From assembly GCA_002422205.1 (NCBI GenBank), contig DITS01000031.1, positions 24,115-88,114 on the forward strand: a DNA stretch of 64,000 nucleotides, in the 5' to 3' direction. The translations under genes were made by a program, and so were the position numbers. Positions 9,484 through 15,820 of this stretch are shown here, one piece after another (position 1 is the stretch's first letter; every line of letters begins with the position of its first letter). This DNA comes from Alphaproteobacteria bacterium UBA6178 (lineage in GTDB: Bacteria; Pseudomonadota; Alphaproteobacteria; Rickettsiales; UBA3002). Below the pieces are notes generated by a model that was not told where the DNA came from, did no database searches, and worked only from the letters and a program-made list of their open reading frames with translations.

Positions 9484-9708
9484 ATGAAAGATGCGAACGC
9501 AAAATTTCAACAGGCACTTATTAAAACACTAAAAAGTGAACGAAATAAGTGCGGTATGAGTCATGAAGCGATAGCCGATAAAACTGGCTTGTCGCGTCAA
9601 ACGATTGGCAAAATCGAATCTGGTATAAGCAACCCCACCATGTTGACTATGTTTAAGATTACATCAGCAATGGGTATGACGCTCGAAGAATTTTTACGGA
9701 AAATGTGA
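9484..9708 (+). CDS. XRE-family HTH transcriptional regulator
   Basis: 74 aa. GMSHEAIADKTGLSRQTIGKIESGISNPTMLTMFKITSAMGMTLEEFL is a canonical Cro/C1-type HTH. It is divergent from the 9407-8265 operon. Confidence 0.85.
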   Translation: MKDANAKFQQALIKTLKSERNKCGMSHEAIADKTGLSRQTIGKIESGISNPTMLTMFKITSAMGMTLEEFLRKM

Positions 9709-9741
9709 GTTTAAATACCTCTGTAACTTATAGAAGGGGTG

Positions 9742-10002
9742 TTATTTGGTCATCCAAGCATTAGTCTCTTCATGGCGCATTTTTCTATGATCAAGATTAA
9801 GAACAGTCGTGATTTTTCCTAATGATTCCTTCGCGCAATGCATAGTAAAACCACCATGCTTTTTGACCAGTTTGTAATCCGTTATTCCAGCCTTTTTCAA
9901 ATCACTTTCAATGTCATTTGATTCAAGCGCATAATCCAGCGATTCAGCATAAAATATATCCTGAGTGAGTGGGATAAAAATTTGAATCCAATCTGGATAC
10001 AT
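9742..10002 (-). CDS. hypothetical protein (86 aa)
   Basis: ORF only, with no motif recognised. Confidence 0.4.
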   Translation of the reverse strand: MYPDWIQIFIPLTQDIFYAESLDYALESNDIESDLKKAGITDYKLVKKHGGFTMHCAKESLGKITTVLNLDHRKMRHEETNAWMTK

Positions 10003-10155
10003 TTAATTAAACTCCATAGGCGATAACAAATATTACTTAGAAACCTTATGTATAGCCAATATTATAGGATTGCCTCATGAATGCATAAAGCAGATTAAAG
10101 AAGTAGACGATTGCAATTTATTGCCATGCGTTGCACAGAAATGTGAATTTGCAAA

Positions 10156-10653
10156 CTATAAGGTAGAGTGGAACTCGCTCAGAATGATAAAGCGTGTTGA
10201 GATGTCATTGTGCAGACTGCTATTATACTCTTTGAAACAATACCGTTCGAGTGGCTTTAAATCATCTATGAGCTGCACATCGTAAGTTACAAAATCCATA
10301 TGCAGTCCGTTAAGAACTATACTCAGTGCCTTTTTAAATGACTCAAGATCACAGCGGGTATATCGAAGTAAGATATGGTAATGCCCATTACTGGCTATGT
10401 GCTCTGGGATTGCCAACCCTTCACAACGAAACTGCTTTCTGCATTCTTTCAAATAGTTTTTGCCAACCAATTTTTTGTCCAATCTACCTATGATCTTTTT
10501 AAGTTGTGCGCGATAAAATCGTTCAGCTGATATGGTGTTGCTGAAGCACCTCTTAATAGGCAGATTAAATGCAATAGTAACAAAGTAATTTGGTTTTATA
10601 TTAGCAGCCAATTCCATCCATGAATTTTTGGCTGACGCTGAACAGGATTTCAT
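10156..10653 (-). CDS. HUH-superfamily Rep/nickase-like protein (YagK/YfjJ inovirus-Gp2-like)
   Basis: 165 aa with three motifs in Rep order: FVTIAFN (aa 24-30), HYHILL (aa 91-96, HUH) and YCFK (aa 138-141, YxxK). Its start overlaps the upstream HTH gene by 4 nt. Confidence 0.45.
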   Translation of the reverse strand: MKSCSASAKNSWMELAANIKPNYFVTIAFNLPIKRCFSNTISAERFYRAQLKKIIGRLDKKLVGKNYLKECRKQFRCEGLAIPEHIASNGHYHILLRYTRCDLESFKKALSIVLNGLHMDFVTYDVQLIDDLKPLERYCFKEYNSSLHNDISTRFIILSEFHSTL

Positions 10654-10847
10654 AGATTGTGCTCAGTATTATAGACACACGCTGCTATGAAATCATCAAT
10701 ATCGGATTGCTTATATCTGACTAGTTTCTTCCCATTTAACCTAATAAATTTAGGAAGCTTGTTCTTGGCTCGCCACATTTTTAATGTGTTGATAGCCACT
10801 CCAATTTGTTCTGCAACTTCAGATGAAGTCAGTAGTTTTTGGGACAT
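10650..10847 (-). CDS. excisionase/MerR-type HTH DNA-binding protein
   Basis: 65 aa. LLTSSEVAEQIGVAINTLKMWRAKNKLPKFIRLNGKKLVRYKQSDIDDFI follows the pattern of the HTH_17/excisionase family. Confidence 0.7.
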   Translation of the reverse strand: MSQKLLTSSEVAEQIGVAINTLKMWRAKNKLPKFIRLNGKKLVRYKQSDIDDFIAACVYNTEHNL

Positions 10848-11137
10848 TAATGCCTCTTGTTCTTGATTATTATAAATGCGGATATAGCCGTATAAGTGCT
10901 ATTCCATCTTTATTTATACGCCCAAAGTTCCATTTCTCGAAAAAAAGTGAAAAAAATACAATAAATCGTCTAATCGATTGCCTCCATATCTAGACCGTCA
11001 TAATACGGCTTTAGATAACCTTATTGACCGAAAAATGTCAGCCCTGCTTCCCATGCACTCTTATCTGATATAAATACTTGCATAATAAGAATTTTGGTCG
11101 CATTCATGAATGAGTAGTTTTTGAATGGAGTTTATAA

Positions 11138-11293
11138 TGACTGAAAAAGATAAAAATGGCGGCAATGGTATATCAAAACCTGTCAATCCGCCTCGAAGGG
11201 ATATAAATGAATCATGGGAACCGACGAAGAAGATAGAAGACCAGACAATAGTGGACTTCGTTCCTCCACCGAAGCCGCCGAAACAAAGTTAAG
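11138..11293 (+). CDS. small hypothetical protein (51 aa), overlaps start of next ORF
   Basis: Manual ORF MTEKDKNGGNGISKPVNPPRRDINESWEPTKKIEDQTIVDFVPPPKPPKQS. There is a good RBS (tggag 7 nt upstream). It overlaps 11214..11855 by 80 nt in another frame. Confidence 0.35.
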
Positions 11294-11855
11294 CAATCTA
11301 AGATTTGCTGTTAATAAGAGTATACGCTACCACTCTAAAAGACAGAGATTCTTTGAAAGTTGCCACTATGTCACCACGGCATTATCTGCCGTATTGGGTG
11401 CTTCATCATTCTGCTTGCTGTATGCAGAAAGTGTAACGGCAGCTCAATTCACCACAGCTATAGTTGGTGCCGTTACAACCTTAGACTTAGTATTCGGTTA
11501 TAATAGAAAGGCAAACCAATATAGAGAACTTAAGTGTCAGTTCTCCGATTTACAAACTGCAGTGAATGACATCAAAATTAATCAGCCCGACTTAGATGAG
11601 CATGTACGTAGACTTGGCAATAGTCGTGTGCTCATCCAGAAGCATGAACCAACGGCCTTAAAAGGTTTGGCATTAATATGCCACAATGAGGAATGCCAAG
11701 CGACAAGGTGCGATGACGAAATGTATGTCATACCTCCACATATCAAACTTTTACGCCATTTCTGGTCGTTTGACGGGTGGTATCCTGTCCCGATACGCAA
11801 TTCTAATTCAGAAAATGCTTTTCAAGCTGCTGAAGCAAACTCAGTCAATTCATGA
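11214..11855 (+). CDS. 2-TM membrane protein, SLATT-like N-terminal region with Cys-containing C-terminal domain
   Basis: 213 aa. RFAVNKSIRYHSKRQRFFES is followed by two hydrophobic helices (aa ~51-70 and ~76-94) and then YNRKANQYRELKCQFSDLQ. This layout recalls SLATT/DUF4231-type 2TM effectors. There is no in-frame alternative start after the small upstream ORF. Confidence 0.45.
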   Translation: MGTDEEDRRPDNSGLRSSTEAAETKLSNLRFAVNKSIRYHSKRQRFFESCHYVTTALSAVLGASSFCLLYAESVTAAQFTTAIVGAVTTLDLVFGYNRKANQYRELKCQFSDLQTAVNDIKINQPDLDEHVRRLGNSRVLIQKHEPTALKGLALICHNEECQATRCDDEMYVIPPHIKLLRHFWSFDGWYPVPIRNSNSENAFQAAEANSVNS

Positions 11856-11875
11856 TCAAAAGAATCTTAAGGTAA

Positions 11876-11997
11876 TCTCGTTATATAATTAGATTTTTAT
11901 AATGAGCCTGGAAAATCAGCCACTTAAGCCTGGTGAAATTTGAAAGGGCGTATTATCTTGTTATCATGATGAAGGATGTATCAATTTTATAACGAGA
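11876..11997. repeat. 15-bp inverted repeat pair (14/15) flanking a 92-bp segment; candidate invertible element or operator
   Basis: IR-L is tctcgttatataatt at 11876-11890. IR-R is aattttataacgaga at 11983-11997 (reverse complement tctcgttataaaatt). The enclosed segment contains TTGAAA (11940-11945), a 16-nt spacer and TATCAT (11962-11967), reading toward 12004. Confidence 0.5.
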
Positions 11998-12003
11998 AAT
12001 GAG

Positions 12004-12591
12004 ATGTTAAACAAACAGGCCAAGATTCTAACGGAAAAGCAGCAAAAGCTGGTTCTGGATTTTTTATCTGATTCCCAACACCCCGAAAGAAACAAGCTGA
12101 TATTCCTGCTTTCGGTTAAGGCAGGATTGAGGGCAAAGGAAATCGCTCATCTGACGTGGCGAATGGTTTTGGATACGGAAGGTAATTTAACGGATAAAAT
12201 TAGCATCATTAATTCAGCGAGCAAGGGTAGAGTGGGGGGAAGGGTGATATACCTCCATAACAGCCTTAAAATGGCTTTAAACGCCTATCTAGAAACACAT
12301 CCTGATCCTTCTCCAGAGAATAGGATCATATGGATGCAACGTTCACAAAATCCATCTGCTCAGGTGATCGTGAACTTCTTCCAAAAGCTGTATAAGGATG
12401 TTGGATATGAAGGCGCTTCTTCACACTCAGGAAGACGAACATTTATCACGAACGCGGCAAGAAAAATCAGCAGCGTGGGTGGAAGTCTGAGGGATGTTCA
12501 AAAACTATCAGGCCACGCCTCATTGAACACCACGCAGCGTTATATTGAATATGATAGTGATGCTATGAAGAATGTGGTGAATTTGGTGTAG
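12004..12591 (+). CDS. small tyrosine recombinase (catalytic-domain-only, FimB/FimE-sized)
   Basis: 195 aa. AGLRAKEIAHLTW (Arg I), HSGRRTFITN (HxxR) and GHASLNTTQRYIEY (His/Tyr). There is no N-terminal arm- or core-binding SAM-like domain. Confidence 0.8.
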   Translation: MLNKQAKILTEKQQKLVLDFLSDSQHPERNKLIFLLSVKAGLRAKEIAHLTWRMVLDTEGNLTDKISIINSASKGRVGGRVIYLHNSLKMALNAYLETHPDPSPENRIIWMQRSQNPSAQVIVNFFQKLYKDVGYEGASSHSGRRTFITNAARKISSVGGSLRDVQKLSGHASLNTTQRYIEYDSDAMKNVVNLV

Positions 12592-12595
12592 CTGG

Positions 12596-13051
12596 TTAAA
12601 CCTTTGCTTTTCTTGTCGCGGCCTTCTTTTTAAGTGGTTTTGCTTTGGCATCTGGACTCTTAATTGTGCGGGGATGTTTGTTTATGAAGTGCTCATCTAC
12701 AATCTTGAGGATTTCGACAAGAGGGGTTAAGTCATAGGAATTCGACGCAATGATACCTTTGATCTTTTTGCGCTCCTTTTTAATGTATCCTTTTTCTTCT
12801 AATGATTTGATAGCTCGTTGCACCTGTCTTTCGGAAACTCCCGTTCTGTCAGATAGTGTGCGCATTGCCAAAAAAGGCATTTCATTTTTCTTCCACCAAC
12901 TTCCAACCAGATGCAGAAGCACAATCATTTCGGCAGGTGATAAACGAATCTCTTCTGCAACAAACATGTTAATTTGCAAAAGATAGTTTGGAACTTGTGT
13001 AAAGCCCCTCTCAGCAACGCCATTTCCCCATTTAGATTTAATATCTTGCAT
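12596..13051 (-). CDS. winged-helix DNA-binding protein (phage/plasmid replication-organiser-like)
   Basis: 151 aa. FTQVPNYLLQ ... LSPAEMIVLLHLVGSWW ... TLSDRTGVSERQVQRAIKSLEEKGYI, with a basic C-terminal tail. The pattern resembles HTH_36/DnaD-like replication initiators. Confidence 0.55.
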   Translation of the reverse strand: MQDIKSKWGNGVAERGFTQVPNYLLQINMFVAEEIRLSPAEMIVLLHLVGSWWKKNEMPFLAMRTLSDRTGVSERQVQRAIKSLEEKGYIKKERKKIKGIIASNSYDLTPLVEILKIVDEHFINKHPRTIKSPDAKAKPLKKKAATRKAKV

Positions 13052-13070
13052 AACATCTCCTACATGACAA

Positions 13071-13150
13071 TATGTCTATATCTTATGTCTATGTATATAT
13101 ACCTATGAATAAATACACAAGAATAAATACATATGCATACATACTTATGT
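13071..13150. repeat. AT-rich iteron-like direct repeats upstream of the winged-helix gene
   Basis: tatgtctata / tatgtctatg at 13071-13096. gaataaatac occurs twice at about 13107-13130. Several atacat/atgcat units are also present. Confidence 0.4.
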
Positions 13151-13251
13151 TATTAATACCCCAAAAGAAGACAAAGACATAAAATCTCATATCTAGGCGC
13201 AAATCCACAAATATATTATTTTATTTGACTAAGCGGCATCACCTCTGCTAC

Positions 13252-13420
13252 CGATCATGAAGATGGCTTGCTCCCGCAAGCGCTCCCGCTTGAGTAGGAC
13301 TCAAAATCTGAACGGCTTAGTATGTTTGGGGAAAAACTAAGCGACTGATCGCTAACGAGGAAACAGGCCGCCTTCATGGCGGTAGAGGTTTCGGCGAGAG
13401 GGAGGGGCAAGCCATCATCG
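13252..13420. other. GC-rich structured segment inside AT-rich island (candidate ncRNA, oriT or replication origin hairpins)
   Basis: A 10-bp perfect long-range pairing, gatggcttgc (13262-13271) with gcaagccatc (13407-13416), encloses local hairpins: caagc-gctccc-gcttg (13277-13292), gcga-ctga-tcgc (13341-13352) and gccgcc-ttcat-ggcggt (13367-13383). No convincing ORF. Confidence 0.3.
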
Positions 13421-13460
13421 GAAATCGCCGTATAAGCGGCCTATTATGTCCTATGCAATC

Positions 13461-13482
13461 CGATAATTAATAGGGTATATAA
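13461..13482 (+). repeat. tandem TAGGGTAT motifs, right end of island A
   Basis: atagggtatataatagggtata lies about 70 bp inside the right att repeat, mirroring 6251-6270. Confidence 0.6.
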
Positions 13483-13552
13483 TAGGGTATAACTCTGAGA
13501 ATGATAATAATAATTTGAATTGTATCAATGGATTAAATTTAATATTGGGTAG

Positions 13553-13570
13553 CCTCCTCCGCTACCAAAT
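13553..13570 (+). repeat. 18-bp direct repeat of tRNA-Met 3' end (attR of island A / attL of island B)
   Basis: cctcctccgctaccaaat is identical to 6123-6140. Confidence 0.9.
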
Positions 13571-13739
13571 TTCTCAATAGGTTAACACGCCTCTGTCTAG
13601 GCTGCCTAAGTCGAATGGGACAGTATTGGGACAGTAAGAAATAAGCATGACTGTTTCCGTGCTTTTGCATTCTTGCCCATTGTATTCGTTTGTGATTGCT
13701 GGTTGCCGATAGATAAAAATATCTGATATACCAGCATAT

Positions 13740-14114
13740 ATGGCAACGATTGAAAAACGAGTAGGGGAAGCTGGGGCGGTAGCATACCGCGCCAAGATTC
13801 GCATTAAAGGCAGCCCATCAGAGACGGCAACCTTCACCCGCCTTACCGATGCCAAGCGATGGGTTCAGCAAACGGAGGCAGCCATTCGTGAAGGGCGGCA
13901 TTTCAAAACCAGTGAGTCCAAAAGACGAACGCTGGCAGAGTTGATCGACCGCTATGTGATAGATGTGTTACCCTTAAAGCCAAAAAGCCAGCGCGACCAA
14001 CAGCGTCAATTGCTGTGGTGGAAACAGGAGCTGGGAGCTTATTCATTGGCCGACATCACCGCACCCCGCATTGCAGAACCGGACATTAAACCGGACATTA
14101 AGCCGGACATCTGA
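13740..14114 (+). pseudogene. truncated tyrosine integrase (N-terminal SAM-like domain only)
   Basis: MATIEKRVGEAGAVAYRAKIRIKGSPSETATFTRLTDAKRWVQQTEAAIREGRHF...LPLKPKSQRDQQRQLLWWKQELG is a typical phage-integrase N-terminus. The reading frame then runs into the 12-bp tandem repeat (PDIKPDIKPDI) and stops, with no catalytic domain. Confidence 0.75.
14079..14111 (+). repeat. 12-bp tandem repeat ccggacattaaR x2.75 at integrase breakpoint; related copy at 14214-14234
   Basis: ccggacattaaa (14079-14090), ccggacattaag (14091-14102), ccggacatc (14103-14111). ccggacattaaagcggacatc recurs at 14214-14234, immediately upstream of the Fic start. Confidence 0.85.
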
Positions 14115-14236
14115 ATGCAAGTTCAGAGATGCCTTGGCGTATCATTTCCTGATAATCTATTGACAATCTCTACAAATAATCGCTCTAATCAAGAGAGTTT
14201 TTGTTGAAAATAGCCGGACATTAAAGCGGACATCGG

Positions 14237-15427
14237 ATGCATGAGATAGACGAATCAATAGGGCTTATGGAGCCGATGCTGATTGCGGATAACGCAAGGC
14301 AGCGCGGGGAGCTATCCGATCTGGCATTGGAGCTGGCGCAGAAGTCGTCGGGGCTATTGCATAGCTTGCCGATGCATATGGTCGATTCACTGGCGACGCT
14401 GGTGCGCTCAATGAATTGCTACTACAGCAACCTGATCGAGGGGCATAACACCCATCCCATTGATATTGAGCGGGCGCTAAAGCAGGATTTAAGCGATAAC
14501 CCGCGCCAGCGCGACCTTCAGCTGGAGGCAAAGGCGCATATCATGGTGCAGCAATGGATTGATGCTGGCGGGGTAGGCGAACAGGCATTAAGCGCGGCGT
14601 CCATTCGCATGATACATCAAAAATTCTGTGAGTTACTGCCAGATGAGTTGCTGTGGGTCGAACACCCTACAACAGGGGAGCGGCTGCGCGTCGTGGCTGG
14701 CGAGTATCGGGAGAATGATGTGCAGGTCGGTAGGCACATCCCCATCAAAAGCGCCTCGCTATCACGCTTCATGGAACGCTTTGACGAAGCCTATGCGCGG
14801 CTGGGCAAAACGGACATGATCTTTGCGGCGGCTTGTGCGCATCATCGGCTGCTGTGGATTCACCCCTTTCTCGATGGCAATGGTCGCGTAGCGCGGCTGG
14901 TATCCCACGCCGTGCTGCTCCATACCCTTAACACAGGAGGTCTATGGTCGGTTGCGCGAGGATTGGCTCGGAATGTCGAAGCGTATAAGAGCCATCTGGC
15001 CGCATGTGACCTGCCGCGCCGCAATGACCTTGATGGCAGGGGAAGTCTGAGTGAAGAGGCGCTGGTCGCTTTCACCAAGTTTTTCCTGACGGTGTGTATC
15101 GATCAGGTGGATTTCATGGAAAACCTGATTCAGCCGCAAGCCTTGCGGACGCGCATCCAGCGTTGGGCGGATGAGTCTATCCGCATGGAGAAGCTGCCCC
15201 CCAAATCCGGCGCGGTGCTCGATGCAATACTCTATCGCGGCGAATTACCTCGCAGTGAAGTGGCAGCCATTGTCGGCACGGGTGATCGTCAGGCGCGGCG
15301 CATTCTATCCGCCTTGTTGGAGGCAGAAGTGGTATCAGCAGAAAGCACCCGCGCACCGTTGCGGTTGGTGTTTCCTGCGCGATTGGCAGGAGAGTGGATG
15401 CCTGGCCTGTTCCCCGATAAGGCTTAG
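14237..15427 (+). CDS. Fic family protein (class II, N-terminal inhibitory motif, C-terminal winged helix)
   Basis: 396 aa. Fic active-site motif HPFLDGNGRVARL. The upstream YYSNLIEGHNT carries the (S/T)xxxE(G/N) inhibitory motif typical of Fic_N. Confidence 0.9.
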   Translation: MHEIDESIGLMEPMLIADNARQRGELSDLALELAQKSSGLLHSLPMHMVDSLATLVRSMNCYYSNLIEGHNTHPIDIERALKQDLSDNPRQRDLQLEAKAHIMVQQWIDAGGVGEQALSAASIRMIHQKFCELLPDELLWVEHPTTGERLRVVAGEYRENDVQVGRHIPIKSASLSRFMERFDEAYARLGKTDMIFAAACAHHRLLWIHPFLDGNGRVARLVSHAVLLHTLNTGGLWSVARGLARNVEAYKSHLAACDLPRRNDLDGRGSLSEEALVAFTKFFLTVCIDQVDFMENLIQPQALRTRIQRWADESIRMEKLPPKSGAVLDAILYRGELPRSEVAAIVGTGDRQARRILSALLEAEVVSAESTRAPLRLVFPARLAGEWMPGLFPDKA

Positions 15428-15595
15428 CAACGGTTTCATCGTCATTTTTGGCACTGTCCCATGGGACACTGGTGGGACAATAGCCATCAATAAACGGTCA
15501 AAATCCACTATAGACAGCAAGAATGAATTTCCTCTAACCCATTGATTATTTTATTATCGTGTGCGGTGGCTTGTTGCTGGTTATGTGTGGAATCT

Positions 15596-15642
15596 GAATC
15601 ATAATCCGCGTGTCGGGGGTTCAAATCCCTCCTCCGCTACCA
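15596..15642 (+). repeat. 47-bp fragment of tRNA-Met (anticodon loop to CCA), distal att of the island array
   Basis: gaatcataatccgcgtgtcgggggttcaaatccctcctccgctacca is identical to 6091-6137. Confidence 0.9.
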
Positions 15643-15820
15643 TATTTTTCAATAGGTTATACTAAAATAGAGTGAAATAGAGTCCCGCTATCGTTATTAG
15701 CGTGCGTGATCCGATACCCCATCTACATCCTAGCCATAGCGGACAGAGTTTGAACTAGTTAAACAAGTTTCTTATAACAATTCGATTTGCGAACAAATCG
15801 TCGAGTTCTTTGGGGGGCTA

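Larger units (their letters stand above)
6138..13570. mobile_element. integrative genomic island A at tRNA-Met (P4-type integrase, AT-rich cargo)
   Basis: Bounded by the tRNA 3' end (cctcctccgctaccaaat, 6123-6140) and an identical 18-bp direct repeat at 13553-13570. The integrase gene lies immediately inside the left end. GC content drops markedly relative to the flanks (by eye). Confidence 0.85.
13571..15642. mobile_element. degenerate integrative island B (truncated integrase + Fic)
   Basis: Lies between the 18-bp tRNA repeat at 13553-13570 and the 47-bp tRNA fragment at 15596-15642. It has its own repeat motif, TGGGACA, at both ends (13616-13636; 15454-15481). Confidence 0.75.

Noticed and set aside
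13241-13440. GC-rich patch considered as a retron msr/msd because of its flanking inverted repeats
   Set aside because: No reverse transcriptase gene lies adjacent on either strand. It is kept only as a generic structured-element candidate.
13574-13855. 93-aa minus-strand ORF spanning the left end of island B
   Set aside because: It overlaps the start of the integrase pseudogene and the TGGGACA repeat region. It has no RBS and is most likely non-coding.
14079-14111. PDIKPDIKPDI read as a genuine protein repeat at the integrase C-terminus
   Set aside because: The repeat coincides with the point where integrase homology ends, and a related copy lies 100 bp downstream in non-coding DNA. It is interpreted as a rearrangement junction rather than a functional peptide repeat.
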